A stretch of 63,213 nt of DNA, the filler included. It is 4 parts of 4 records of this genome, joined end to end, with 100 filler letters (N's around TTAATTAATTAA, not from the genome) between each part and the next. Parts side by side here need not be neighbours in the genome. Positions count along the whole stretch, not along the records: positions 1 to 9,647 come from SRR2962707_4365; positions 9,748 to 31,630 come from SRR2962707_4367; 2 more parts are not named here. The stretch is one strand, 5' to 3'. Below are positions 1-10,315 of this stretch, in pieces; positions within the stretch are counted from its first letter, which is position 1, and each line of letters opens with the position of its first letter. Under the pieces are notes generated by a model, which made no database searches, was not told where the DNA came from, and saw only the letters and a list, made by a program, of their open reading frames with translations. The position numbers and the translations under genes are program-made.

Positions 1-837
1 GTTCATGAAGGCGCCAAAGATCGCGGCGTTGACTGCGCCATCAATGTTTGCGTCCGACAACACCACCAGCGGCGCCTTGCCGCCCAGTTCCAGCAGTGCC
101 GGCTTGAGGTTCTCGCCCGCAAGACGTCCGATGATGCGACCTACCGCGGAGGAACCGGTAAAGTTGACATGCTTGACCTCGGGCGCCTCGATCAGCGCCT
201 TGACCACTTCGGCGGCATCTTCAGGCGCGTTGGAGATGTAAGTCAGAACACCTTCCGGCAGCCCGGCCTCGACGAAACAGTCTACGATCATGCGATGAAC
301 CAGAGGGCAGAGTTCAGAGCCCTTGAAAATCACCGTATTGCCGCAGGCCAGCGGTGTGGCGATGGCGCGGGTGCCGAGAATAACCGGCGCGTTCCACGGT
401 GCAATGCCAAGGCAGACCCCCTTGGGGCGGGCGATACCCATGGCCAGCGTTCCGGGCTTGTTGGCCGGAATAACCTCGCCGCCGACCTGGGTGGTCAGCG
501 CCGCGGCCTCGCGGATGATGCCTGCCGCCAGCATGACGTTGAAGCCAGCCCAGGGACCGGTCGCCCCGGTTTCGGTGATCATGGCGGCGATGAATGCGTC
601 GCGCTTGCTGTCCATCACGTCGGCAGCCTTGTTGAGCACCGCGCGGCGTTCGCCCGGCCCCATTGCGGCCCACGCCGGAAAAGCAGCACCGGCCATCCGC
701 GCGGCCATCCGCGCGTCATCGACGGTGGCGGCAGCAGCAGTGGTGGCGATTTCGCCGGTCACCGGGTCGTGGCGGTCAAATGTGGCGCCGCCGGTCGCGT
801 CGGTGTTCTTGTTGTTGATGACGAATTGTACGGTCAT
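1..837 (-). CDS. Aromatic aldehyde dehydrogenase, vanillin dehydrogenase-like (3' end truncated by window start)
   Basis: Not in the ORF track because there is no stop in the window. Manual translation from ATG 837: MTVQFVINNKNTDATGGATFDRHDPVTGE...GVCLGIAPWNAPVILGTRAIA...KGSELCP...VNFTGSSAVG...LLELGGKAP...FGAFMN, typical ALDH motifs of the vanillin/salicylaldehyde dehydrogenase group. Confidence 0.85.
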   Translation of the reverse strand, partial: MTVQFVINNKNTDATGGATFDRHDPVTGEIATTAAAATVDDARMAARMAGAAFPAWAAMGPGERRAVLNKAADVMDSKRDAFIAAMITETGATGPWAGFNVMLAAGIIREAAALTTQVGGEVIPANKPGTLAMGIARPKGVCLGIAPWNAPVILGTRAIATPLACGNTVIFKGSELCPLVHRMIVDCFVEAGLPEGVLTYISNAPEDAAEVVKALIEAPEVKHVNFTGSSAVGRIIGRLAGENLKPALLELGGKAPLVVLSDANIDGAVNAAIFGAFMN

Positions 838-851
838 GTTGGTTCTCTCTG

Positions 852-1637
852 TCAGAACTTCTGGGTGTCGGCGATGATCGCGGCTTCAAGTCCGCCATCG
901 GTTGCCAGATTGTGGCCATTGATCCAGCGCGCGGCATCCGAACACAGGAACAGGATTGCCGGCGCGATATCTCCCGGCGTGCCTGCACGCCCGACGCGGT
1001 TCACATCCGAATTGACGCGGGCATCACCCAGCACTTCGCGGAACTGGGTGAGAATCGGCGTCTCGACCGGACCGGGAGAGACCGCATTGACTCGGACACC
1101 GCGGGCCCGGAATTGATCCTGGTGAGCCGCCAGCATGGTCCAGACCAGCAGGATTTCCTTGGAAACAGGATAACCGGCTTCATCCGGAATCTGATGTTCG
1201 GCGACGATCTGCGCAGCATCGGGAAATCCGCTGGTTCTGGCGATGGCCGCCGCCCTGCCGGGGTTCTCGCGCCAACCGAAGCCGGCGATGGATGCCACAT
1301 TGACCACGGATCCGCCTTCGCGAATTTTCGGAAGCAAAGCTTCCGTGAGCGCGCGAAGGCCAAAGAAATTGATGGCCAGCGTGTTGGCGGCGCCAGTGTT
1401 GCCCGACACGCCTGCGACATTGCAAAGACCGTCGAGCTGCCCGGGCAAAACATCAACCAGAGCCTGCACGCCGTCCTGCGTGGACAGGTCGCCCTCGACA
1501 AATGTGCCGAAGGTTTGGGCAGGCTTGCTCCGGTCGATACCAATCACTTCGGCGCCGAGTTGGCCAGCCAGTTCCGCGGTGCGACGACCGATGCCGCTGG
1601 CAACGCCGGTGACTACAATTGTCTTTCCGAAAAGCAT
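852..1637 (-). CDS. SDR family oxidoreductase, coniferyl-alcohol dehydrogenase-like
   Basis: TGVASGIG Rossmann motif, NVAG, YPVSK catalytic YxxxK, VNAVSPGPVETPIL; AGGAGA RBS upstream; sits in an aromatic aldehyde cluster. Confidence 0.8.
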   Translation of the reverse strand: MLFGKTIVVTGVASGIGRRTAELAGQLGAEVIGIDRSKPAQTFGTFVEGDLSTQDGVQALVDVLPGQLDGLCNVAGVSGNTGAANTLAINFFGLRALTEALLPKIREGGSVVNVASIAGFGWRENPGRAAAIARTSGFPDAAQIVAEHQIPDEAGYPVSKEILLVWTMLAAHQDQFRARGVRVNAVSPGPVETPILTQFREVLGDARVNSDVNRVGRAGTPGDIAPAILFLCSDAARWINGHNLATDGGLEAAIIADTQKF

Positions 1638-1650
1638 GGTATTTCTCCTT

Positions 1651-2670
1651 TTATGATGGTGACCGGGATGTATCTCGTGGAGAGGTGGGATCCTGGTTTG
1701 TCTGGACGCGGTATCCGAGCGGCATCAGGCTGACGCCAGTGCGGGAGACAATGGCACCCCAGAGGCCCTTGGGCAGAAACAGCGAAAACAGCATGGCTGT
1801 TGCGCCAAGTCCGATCAGGTACCAGACGCCGGTATCTGCGAACCAGGTTTCTACCGCGAAGAAAATGATGGCCCCCATGATGGCTCCTTCGAACCGGCCC
1901 AGACCGCCGACAAGCACCATGAAGATCATGTAAGCCGTCCACTGCACCGAGAAATAGGTCTTGGGCTGAAATGACTGCACCTGCGCCAGCCAGAGAGCGC
2001 CGGCGATGGCCGTTCCAAAACCTGCCAACACAAAGAACAGCCGCTTGTTGCGCATCGGATTGACGCCGATAGATTCCGCCGCTTCCTCGTCGTCGCGGAT
2101 TGCCTGCATGGCCAGCCCCGTCGGGGTGCGCAGCACTGCAAACAGCAGGCCAAGCAGCACGACCATCGCCGCCAGGGCTGCCCAATAGATGTAGTATCGG
2201 CGCAGCTCCATATCGTAGGCGTTGAGTGAAATCAGCGAGGTTCCGGTTTCGCCCTGGATCAACGGATCGAGATTGACGCAAAGATGGGCAATGGAGGCGA
2301 GCACCCACATGCCGATAGCGAACTCTCCACCCTTCAGGTGCAGCATGAACAACGACAGCAACCATGAAAGCCCCGCCACCAGTATGGCGGCGGCGATCAG
2401 CGCCACGAACGGGTCAATTCCCGCATTGGCCACGCGGATCGTCAGATAGGCGCCAAGGCCAAAAAACAGTTGATTGCCGATGGACACAAGTCCGCCATAA
2501 CCGGCAAGCGCGTTCCACATCGCCGCCATGATGATGTAGATGAACAGCACCGTAAGCCGTTGCATAGCGCCCACTGAAGCGAACAAGGGCGTGGCGGCTA
2601 AAAGGACGAGGAGAAGAGCTGCAATGACGAAGGAGGTCCGCGCCAATGGGGTCCAGCGTTGGATGGTCAT
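1651..2670 (-). CDS. Branched-chain amino acid-type ABC transporter permease (LivM-like)
   Basis: Hydrophobic; WNALAGYGGLVSIG, AIRDDEEAAESIG, VGGLGRFEG motifs. Start moved to ATG 2670, which overlaps the upstream stop (ATGA). Confidence 0.88.
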   Translation of the reverse strand: MTIQRWTPLARTSFVIAALLLVLLAATPLFASVGAMQRLTVLFIYIIMAAMWNALAGYGGLVSIGNQLFFGLGAYLTIRVANAGIDPFVALIAAAILVAGLSWLLSLFMLHLKGGEFAIGMWVLASIAHLCVNLDPLIQGETGTSLISLNAYDMELRRYYIYWAALAAMVVLLGLLFAVLRTPTGLAMQAIRDDEEAAESIGVNPMRNKRLFFVLAGFGTAIAGALWLAQVQSFQPKTYFSVQWTAYMIFMVLVGGLGRFEGAIMGAIIFFAVETWFADTGVWYLIGLGATAMLFSLFLPKGLWGAIVSRTGVSLMPLGYRVQTNQDPTSPRDTSRSPS

Positions 2671-3575
2671 CGTGCCGCCCCCTTTGGTGTAACGACAGAG
2701 ATCAGTCCGGCCAACGACAGCGGCCTGCCCTGCCTTGCAAGACGCAGAAACAGCACCGCCAGGAATGCCAGATGCCCGCCGAGCAAAAATCCCTGCGGAT
2801 GGATTTGGGCGCCCAGCGATTGCGCGAGCGCCAGCACGATGGCTCCGGCAAGCACGCCCCACAAAGAGTGGGTGCCGCCGATGATTGTCGCTTCAAAGGC
2901 GAACAGCAGTTGCGGGCTGCCCGCATAAGCATCGAAAGTGCCGCGCAGCCCCAGCGCCGCGCCGGAAACCGCGACTGTCATTGTGGCGATAGCCGCGGCA
3001 ATTCCTGCCGCCCGACGGGCATCGATCCCAACCAGTCCGGCAGTCACCGGATCGGCAGCCGTGGCGCGGATGCGGCGGCCAAGCGCGGTGCGCTTGAGCA
3101 TCAGGTCAAGAGCGCCAATGATAGCGATTGCCACAAGCAGAATGTAGACCGGCAGCTTGCCGACATAGATGTTGCCCGGCAGCTCGAAAGCCTCCCAGCT
3201 CAGATCCCCGACATAGGGCGCCAGTGACCTGGTGTTGGCGCCGAATTGCTGGAACATGAGATTATCAAGCACAATTGCCAAGCCGAAGGTGGTTAGCACC
3301 GGCAGCAGTTCGCCGCCGCGCACCGCGCGTTCAAGCATCGCGCGTTGCATCAGCCAACCTGCGAAACCCATTACCGGGATCACGGCCAACAGCGTTATGA
3401 AGGGCGACAACCCGGTGGTTTCTGCAAGCGCCCAAACTAGATAGGCGCTGACAACGGCGAGTGAACCGTGGGCAAGATTGATGATCTTCATCACCTGGAA
3501 CATGAAAGCCAGACCGCAGGCGATCAGGGCATAGTAGCCGCCAAGCAGCACTGACTGGAGCAGGATATTGATCAT
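2667..3575 (-). CDS. Branched-chain amino acid-type ABC transporter permease (LivH-like)
   Basis: INLAHG motif, multiple TM segments, GRRIRA..D...A.LVGID; ATGA overlaps on both sides. Confidence 0.9.
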   Translation of the reverse strand: MINILLQSVLLGGYYALIACGLAFMFQVMKIINLAHGSLAVVSAYLVWALAETTGLSPFITLLAVIPVMGFAGWLMQRAMLERAVRGGELLPVLTTFGLAIVLDNLMFQQFGANTRSLAPYVGDLSWEAFELPGNIYVGKLPVYILLVAIAIIGALDLMLKRTALGRRIRATAADPVTAGLVGIDARRAAGIAAAIATMTVAVSGAALGLRGTFDAYAGSPQLLFAFEATIIGGTHSLWGVLAGAIVLALAQSLGAQIHPQGFLLGGHLAFLAVLFLRLARQGRPLSLAGLISVVTPKGAAR

Positions 3576-4297
3576 GCGGATTGCTCCTCCATCCGGTTAG
3601 AGTTGCCGAAATAGGCCTCGGTAATGGCCTCGCGGCTGGTGTCTTTCATCGCACTGTCCAGCAGGATCCGGCCTTCAAGCATGCAGATGACACGGTCTGC
3701 CACGGCCATGGCCCGGGTCAGATCCTGTTCGACCAGAATGATGGTGGTGCCGGTTTTCAGAAGCCCGTCCAGAGAGGCGTAGACCTGATCAACCACCAGC
3801 GGTGACAGGCCGAGACTGACTTCATCGAGGATCAGGATATCGGGATTGGACATCAATGCGCGGCCAATGGCGGTCGCCTGCTGTTCACCACCGGACATGG
3901 TTCCGGTCAGGGCGTGGCGGCGTTTGACCAGATTGGGGAACGTCTCGAACACCCGGTCTATGGTCCATTCGCCTTTGCGATCGACGGTCCGCCCCAGCGC
4001 CAGATTTTCCTCAATGCTCATGTCGAGAAAAAGCCGGCGCCCCTCAGGTACAAGTGCAAGCCCTGCCGCGACACGCTGGTGGGACGGCATGTGTGTGATG
4101 TCGAAACCGTTGAGGTGGACAGAGCCGGCGTGTACGGGATTGGCCCCTGCGAGCGCGCGCAGCAAGGTGGTCTTGCCTGCCCCATTGGCCCCGACAAGGG
4201 CCAGGATTTCACCTTTTGCAATATCGAAACTGACGCCGCGTACAGCCCGGAACTGACCATAACGGACATCAAGATCCTTGACGGAGAGAATGTTCAT
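3572..4297 (-). CDS. ABC transporter ATP-binding protein (LivF-like)
   Basis: Walker A GANGAGKT, VPEGRRLF, signature MSGGEQQ, Walker B ILDE. Confidence 0.92.
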   Translation of the reverse strand: MNILSVKDLDVRYGQFRAVRGVSFDIAKGEILALVGANGAGKTTLLRALAGANPVHAGSVHLNGFDITHMPSHQRVAAGLALVPEGRRLFLDMSIEENLALGRTVDRKGEWTIDRVFETFPNLVKRRHALTGTMSGGEQQATAIGRALMSNPDILILDEVSLGLSPLVVDQVYASLDGLLKTGTTIILVEQDLTRAMAVADRVICMLEGRILLDSAMKDTSREAITEAYFGNSNRMEEQSA

Positions 4298-5025
4298 GCC
4301 GGTGCCCCTCCAAGATAGGCCCTGACCACTTCATCGTGGCTCATGACTTCATCTGGCGCGCCTTCGGCAATGATGCGGCCCGCGTCCATGCAGACCAGCC
4401 GCTCGGCGACCTGCACCAGAATATGGACGATATGTTCGATCCAGACGATGCCGATGCCGCGCGCCCGAAGGTTGAGAATTGTCGCGACCAGTTCTGACGC
4501 TTCGGCGTCGGTCAATCCGCCGCCGATTTCATCGAGCAGCAATAGCTTGGGGCGGGCCGCCAGCGCTCTGGCCAGTTCAAGCCGCTTGCGGTCGAGCAAT
4601 CCGACACTTTCAGCGGCGCGGTTGGCGACCGGCATCATGCCGCAGATCTCGAGGGCCTCGAGCGCCAGTTCGTATGCTTCAGACTTGTGCGCACCGCCGG
4701 CATGGGTGGCGGCGACGAGCACATTTTCAAACACGGTGATCCCCGAGAAGGGTTTTGGGATCTGGTGCGTACGCACCAGACCCCGTTTTGCACGTTCCCG
4801 CGCCGGCAGCGAGCCAATGTCGACGTCGTTGAGGCTGACGCTGCCACCGGTTGCCGGCAATGCTCCGGAGAGCACTGCCAGCAGGGTTGATTTGCCGGCG
4901 CCGTTCGGGCCCACGATGCCCACTGCTTCGCCCGAGTGCACCGAGAAATCGATGCCGTTCAGGACCGCGACGGCCCCAAAGGACTTGTGAATGCCGGTCG
5001 CGCGGAGATGGGCGTCATGGGCCAT
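4294..5025 (-). CDS. ABC transporter ATP-binding protein (LivG-like)
   Basis: Walker A GPNGAGKS, KRLELARAL, LLLDE, IEH, C-terminal V..AYLG. Confidence 0.92.
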   Translation of the reverse strand: MAHDAHLRATGIHKSFGAVAVLNGIDFSVHSGEAVGIVGPNGAGKSTLLAVLSGALPATGGSVSLNDVDIGSLPARERAKRGLVRTHQIPKPFSGITVFENVLVAATHAGGAHKSEAYELALEALEICGMMPVANRAAESVGLLDRKRLELARALAARPKLLLLDEIGGGLTDAEASELVATILNLRARGIGIVWIEHIVHILVQVAERLVCMDAGRIIAEGAPDEVMSHDEVVRAYLGGAPA

Positions 5026-5040
5026 ACAGCTCGCCTCTTC

Positions 5041-6339
5041 CTACTTGTTGTAGGGCAGCAGCGTGGCTGCGACCGGAACGTTGGGATCGGTGGCGTTTTC
5101 GGTGACCACGTAGTCGAGCGGATATTTTCCGTCCGCTGATGCAATCCACTGAGTGCCAATGATGGGCCCCGGCGACACATTGGGTACCGGACCTGACGTG
5201 AAGTCGACCTTGCCGGCGATGGTTTCCACATTCAGGACCGCGATCGCATCTCGGATCGCTTCGCGGGAGTTGGGGTCCGACGATGCCTTGAGCGCCTCGA
5301 CACCTGCATCCAGCAGCGCCAGGGTCGCACCCAGCTGCTGCGTCCACTGCTCGCCGCTCTCAGCTTCCCAACCATCGCTCAGCGCCGGCCCGTTCAAACC
5401 GGTCAGCGGAGAGGTGTAGGGGAAATCCCGGTGCCAATAGGCGGCCGAGGAGATATTGAGCCCAAGCGAGCCGAGCGCCTCGATATCGGAGGGAAACAGC
5501 CCGGTCTTGGCGGTCTGGATGATCTTGATCTGCCGGGTCAGGCCCTGCTGTGCCGCCTGACGCCAGAAGGCTGCGAAATCCGGCGGGATCGGGAAGGTGT
5601 TGATAATCTCGACACCCTCGGCCTTGAACAGCGCGATCTGTGTGGAATAGTCGGTGGTGCCGGTCTCATAGGCACCTGGATCAATGATGGTGTAGCCACC
5701 CGCTTCCAGCTGGGGGGCGAGAACGGCACGGATGGCGTTGCCGTCAGCATCATTGGGATACATCACGCCAACCTTCTTGTTGGTCTCGATCAGTGCCCAT
5801 TGCGACAGATAAGTCTTGAGGAACTCGCCCACGCCGAAGCCGAAGTGATAGGTCCACTTGAATGGCGAAGGCTCGCCTGGCTTGGCGCCGCGGCCGAAAT
5901 ACCAGGCTTCCCACGGCATAACAGTGGAAAGGCATGGCACACCAGCTGCTTCGCAGGCGTCGGCCACCGGGTTGATGACCTCCGGCGTGGAGATGGCGAG
6001 CATCAGATCGATGTTCTCGTTGATCAGGTCCTTGGCCAGCTGTGCTGCGCGCGCCGGATCGGACTGGGTGTCGCGATCGAGGATTTCCACGGCATAGGTC
6101 TTGCCGCCAATCTCGATCCCGTCTGCCAGTGCCTCGCGGGCACGGTCCAGCACATAGCCATCGGTCTTGCCGAAGCCGGCAAGCGGCCCGGTGCGCGGGC
6201 TGACGAAGCCGACGCGGATTGTACCGGCATCCTGTGCCAGCGCGCCGCGGCCTCCGGCCAGCGCAAATGCGCCTGCCGCTACAGAGGTCGCAACGAACCT
6301 CCGACGGTTCAGAATGGCCTTGGATAGAATGTTACTCAT
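5041..6339 (-). CDS. ABC transporter substrate-binding protein (periplasmic binding protein type 1), Tat-exported
   Basis: Start MSNILS at 6339 after GGGAGAGAGAG; twin-arginine signal LNRRRFVAT...ALA; IRVGFVSPRTGPLAGFG, DTQSDP. Confidence 0.88.
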   Translation of the reverse strand: MSNILSKAILNRRRFVATSVAAGAFALAGGRGALAQDAGTIRVGFVSPRTGPLAGFGKTDGYVLDRAREALADGIEIGGKTYAVEILDRDTQSDPARAAQLAKDLINENIDLMLAISTPEVINPVADACEAAGVPCLSTVMPWEAWYFGRGAKPGEPSPFKWTYHFGFGVGEFLKTYLSQWALIETNKKVGVMYPNDADGNAIRAVLAPQLEAGGYTIIDPGAYETGTTDYSTQIALFKAEGVEIINTFPIPPDFAAFWRQAAQQGLTRQIKIIQTAKTGLFPSDIEALGSLGLNISSAAYWHRDFPYTSPLTGLNGPALSDGWEAESGEQWTQQLGATLALLDAGVEALKASSDPNSREAIRDAIAVLNVETIAGKVDFTSGPVPNVSPGPIIGTQWIASADGKYPLDYVVTENATDPNVPVAATLLPYNK

Positions 6340-7880
6340 GCTCTCTCTCCCTTGTGGTGCAGTTTTCGACTTGGTCGTTCCCCAACTGAGCGACCTGCCG
6401 TGGTGATCCACCGGATTTCGGTGAATTCATCCAGGCAGGCGTCTCCTCCAAAACGGCCGTAACCGCTGGATTTCATGCCGCCGAATGGCATCGACGGATC
6501 GTCGGCCACAGTCGGGCCGTTGATGTGGCAAATCCCGGTTTCAAGCTGCGCAGCTATCGCGGCGGCAGCCTCGAGGTCAGTGCTGAACACTGCTGATGAC
6601 AGGCCATATTCACAATCATTGGCGACTGTGACGGCCTCATCAGCAGAGCCAACGCGGTAAATGCCGACCATTGGCCCAAAGCACTCTTCCGAGTAGAGCC
6701 GCATCATCGGCGAGACATGATCGATTATTGTGGCGTCCATGAACGGTCCATGGGCCGGACCGCCGGTCACCAGTTTCGCGCCTTTTTCCAGCGCGTCTGA
6801 AATGAGTGCTGACAGGCGGCTGGCAATTCCCGGCGTGCCCAGCGGGCCGAGCCTGATCCCTGGTTGGCGCGGATCACCGGCAACAAGCGACCGTGTCCGA
6901 TCTGCAAGGGCCGCAACGAAGGCGTCCGCCGCCGCATCTTCGACAATGATCCGGTCGGTCGCCATGCAGATCTGGCCATTGTTGAGATACGCCCCAAAGA
7001 GCGTTGCCTCGACCGCCGCATCCAGATCCGCGTCGGCCAGCACGATAAACGGGGACTTGCCGCCCAGCTCCAGCAGGCAACGCTTGAGATGCCGTGCCGC
7101 CAATCCGGCCACGATCCGGCCAACCCGGGTGGAACCGGTAAAATTGATCCGGCGAACCGCCGCCTGTGCGATCAGGGTCTCAACCACTTCTTCGGAATGC
7201 TCGGGCGCATTGGTCATGACGCTGAGCACACCGGATGGCACGCCTGCCTCGTGCAGAAGCTCGGCCAGCAGAACATGTGTCGCGGGACACAGTTCGGAAG
7301 CCTTGAAGATGACAGCGTTGCCAAAGGCGAGCGGAAAGGCGATCGAGCGCATGCCAAGCGCAATCGGCGCATTCCACGGGGCAATGGCCAGGCAGACCCC
7401 GACGGGCTGCCGCACCGATACCGAGGCCGCATCACCAAGCGGCGGCATTACAGAATTGAAGTTTTCCGCAAGCTCGGCGGTCGCTGTCAGGACGTCGGCG
7501 GCTACGGTCAGGTTGAATTCGATCCAGTCGGCCGTGGCTCCCATTTCCGCCGTCATGCGCGAAGCAAACCGGCTGGCATAAGTTGGCAGCAGGGCTCTGG
7601 CCCGCAACAGGACTGCGGCACGCTCGGCACCCGACAAGACTGCCCAGCCTGAAAAACTCGCAGCGGCGATCGCGGCCATATGTTCTGCATCTGCAGCGCG
7701 GCCACCGGCGGCGCGGGATGCAACCAGACTGGTCGTCGGATCCAGTCGCTCAAAGCTGCCGCGCGCTTCGGAGGGCACCTGAACGCCATTGATGAAAAGC
7801 CCAACCATGACCGGGTTGACCTGCACATCATCTGTTATCGGAACCTGCTCCTTACGAGCCTGAATCGGCGTGTTGTCCAA
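6336..7880 (-). CDS. Aromatic aldehyde dehydrogenase (second vanillin/salicylaldehyde DH-like paralog)
   Basis: APWNAP, FTGSTRVG, LELGGKSP, catalytic Cys in GQICM, EECFGP, PFGGMKSSGYGRFGG; TTG start preceded by GGAGG. Confidence 0.88.
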   Translation of the reverse strand: MDNTPIQARKEQVPITDDVQVNPVMVGLFINGVQVPSEARGSFERLDPTTSLVASRAAGGRAADAEHMAAIAAASFSGWAVLSGAERAAVLLRARALLPTYASRFASRMTAEMGATADWIEFNLTVAADVLTATAELAENFNSVMPPLGDAASVSVRQPVGVCLAIAPWNAPIALGMRSIAFPLAFGNAVIFKASELCPATHVLLAELLHEAGVPSGVLSVMTNAPEHSEEVVETLIAQAAVRRINFTGSTRVGRIVAGLAARHLKRCLLELGGKSPFIVLADADLDAAVEATLFGAYLNNGQICMATDRIIVEDAAADAFVAALADRTRSLVAGDPRQPGIRLGPLGTPGIASRLSALISDALEKGAKLVTGGPAHGPFMDATIIDHVSPMMRLYSEECFGPMVGIYRVGSADEAVTVANDCEYGLSSAVFSTDLEAAAAIAAQLETGICHINGPTVADDPSMPFGGMKSSGYGRFGGDACLDEFTEIRWITTAGRSVGERPSRKLHHKGERA

Positions 7881-7974
7881 GGTATCCTCCCAACGCCTTC
7901 CTCAAGGCGCAAGGCAACCTCCCACGTTTTAACTGGACTTAACATGACGTAAAATGGATAAATAATGTTGTTTA

Positions 7975-8886
7975 ATGGGAAGATTTGAGAATATGGGAAC
8001 TCAAGACAGCGCACTGGTTTCCCTGATCCGGTTCGAAAGCGTCCAATCCGGGCTTCGGCCCCGCACCTTCTCGGCCGGCACCGGTAGTTTTGCTGATTTC
8101 AATCTGTTTGCCATCGTGACGCGCGGGCGCGCCGCTGTTGTGATTGAAGATGACGAGATCGACATAGACAGCTATGCGGTCCTTATCCTGCCACATGGCC
8201 AGCCCGCCCGGCTGCGCATTCCGGCGGGCACCCGCGCATGGCTGATCGGCTTCGCCCGGCCATTGCAACCATTGATCGTCGGGAGTGGGCCGGAGAGCCT
8301 GACGCTTGATATGGTGTTGGGCCGGATGACGCTCACGCCTGGCAGCCGGGAGGGGATCGAGCAGGGGATATTGCCACTTCTGCCGCTTCTGGCCGATGAA
8401 CTGGCGGCCCCGGAAAAACGCTCCCAGGCAGCGGCGACAGCGCTGTTGCGGTTGTTGCTGATTGCAGCAAGCCGGATGCTGATCCGCGACGAGCTGAGCG
8501 AGGGCACCAACGACATCCATATCCTGCACCGTTTCCGGCAATTGGTCGAACTTGGCTACCGGTCCCGCAAGAAGGTGAACGACTACTGCGCGGACCTGCA
8601 TCTGACCTACGACCGGCTGCACGACATCTGCCAGCGCAACCTGAACCGCACGCCGCTGTCGCTGGTACATCAACGGATCCTGCTTGACGCCACCACCCGG
8701 CTTCAGCAATCGGACGAGAGCATACATTCGATCTCGCAGCAGTTGGGGTTCAACGACCCGACCCGCTTTTCCCACTTCTTCAAACGGGCAATGCAGGTCT
8801 CGCCACACCGGTTCCGCAAGCTCTCACAGGCCGAGAGAAGCAGTCAGCGCGACACCACATTGCGAGAATTTGCCGACTGGCCATGA
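7975..8886 (+). CDS. AraC family transcriptional regulator, divergent from the catabolic operon
   Basis: C-terminal double HTH (YCADLHLT...; SIHSISQQLGFNDPTRFSHFFKRAMQVSPHRFR); N-terminal cupin-like region. Confidence 0.88.
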   Translation: MGRFENMGTQDSALVSLIRFESVQSGLRPRTFSAGTGSFADFNLFAIVTRGRAAVVIEDDEIDIDSYAVLILPHGQPARLRIPAGTRAWLIGFARPLQPLIVGSGPESLTLDMVLGRMTLTPGSREGIEQGILPLLPLLADELAAPEKRSQAAATALLRLLLIAASRMLIRDELSEGTNDIHILHRFRQLVELGYRSRKKVNDYCADLHLTYDRLHDICQRNLNRTPLSLVHQRILLDATTRLQQSDESIHSISQQLGFNDPTRFSHFFKRAMQVSPHRFRKLSQAERSSQRDTTLREFADWP

Positions 8887-8971
8887 AACGCGGTGTCTAT
8901 CAAAATGCTGTCTGTGAATGGCGGTGCCGGCAGACATATAGCGAGGGTGTGTTCGAGCGATCCCGGAAAGC

Positions 8972-9647
8972 TCAGAATGCTGCGGTGTAAATTGCCAGAG
9001 CATCGGCTTCGTTCACTGGGCGTGGATTGTTGACCAGCAGCCGTGTCTGGTTCATCGCGTCTTTTGCGAGTTTCGGCAACCAATCCTCGGTGATCTTCAT
9101 GTCGCGCAGGGTCTGCGGCAACCCACAGTCTGCGGAGAGAGCGGCGAGCCTGTCGCAGAAGGCAGCGACCCGTTCCTGCCCTTCAAGCGAGGCCAGATCA
9201 GGGAACAGATGCGGCGCCAGATCGACATAGGCCTGATGCGCGGTCACCGCATTGAAGCGCAACACATGCGGCAGCACCAGCGCGTTGGAAAGCCCGTGCG
9301 GGATGTGAAAATGCCCGCCCAGCGGATAGGCCAGCGCATGAACGGCCGCCACCGGCGAATTGGCAAATGCCTGCCCGGCCAGCATGGAACCGAGCAACAT
9401 GTCGGCACGTGCCTCTGCGTCATGTCCGTTCTGGACAGCCTTGAGCAAGGCCGGCCCCATCAGTTCCAGCGCTTGCGTTGCCAGTGTGCGCGACACAGGA
9501 TTGTTGTTGGCGCTGGCAGACGCATAGGCTTCGATTGCATGCACCATGGCATCGATGCCCGTGGCAGCCGTGACATGTGCAGGCAGACCGTAAGTCAATT
9601 CCGGATCGAGAAGCGCAATATCGGGCAGCAGCACTGGCGAGACAACA
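8972..9647 (-). CDS. Iron-containing alcohol dehydrogenase (5' part missing at contig end)
   Basis: DPELT, ATGIDAMVHAIE, AVHALAYPLGGHFHIPHGLSNA, NNPR motifs. Confidence 0.9.
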
Positions 9648-9747
9648 NNNNNNNNNNNNNNNNNNNNNNNNNNNNNNNNNNNNNNNNNNNNTTAATTAAT
9701 TAANNNNNNNNNNNNNNNNNNNNNNNNNNNNNNNNNNNNNNNNNNNN
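9648..9747. other. Artificial contig spacer (N44-TTAATTAATTAA-N44)
   Basis: 100-bp linker with stop codons in all six frames; genes on both sides are truncated. Confidence 0.98.
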
Positions 9748-10057
9748 CGAACAGCGGGCGGATCGGACGGTCGATCAAACGGGCTGTCAGTGTTTCTTTC
9801 TCGGTGGGGCGGGCCTCACGTTTGAAAAAGCCACCCGGTACTTTACCGGCGGCATAGTATTTCTCTTGGTAGTGAACGGTCAGCGGGAAGAAGTCCTGAC
9901 CGGGCTTTTGCTGACGTGCAAAAGTGACGTTGGCCATGACGCTGGTTTCGCCCAGTGTCGCGATAACCGAACCGTCTGCCTGACGGGCCACTTTGCCTGT
10001 TTCCAGTGTCAGCGTTTCTTCGCCCCACTGCATGGATTTTGTCGTTACATTAAACAT
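9748..10057 (-). CDS. pnp: Polyribonucleotide nucleotidyltransferase (PNPase), 5' part only
   Basis: [52 protein letters not shown]. Confidence 0.97.
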
Positions 10058-10315
10058 CTACGTTTCCTGTTTCGGCCCGCGTTGGGCCATTTGCGTAGGG
10101 GGCATATTCCCCCTGACTCCGGTATCTTCTTTGTCGGGCGCTGGAGTCCGGGCGCCGGCTTTCAGATTGTGCGGCCATACAGGAGTTTGCATGCGATGGG
10201 AAGAGAAGCGTTGATCTGGCGTTTATCTGCGCTGAAAGGCAGCGTTTGCGCCGCACCCCTGAATTCTATGGGCAAGCGGGCGTAATTGTTTTGCAGGGTG
10301 CGAACGGAAAGGCGT

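Noticed and set aside
9692-9703. TTAATTAATTAA palindrome repeated three times
   Set aside because: Six-frame stop linker added during concatenation, not biological.
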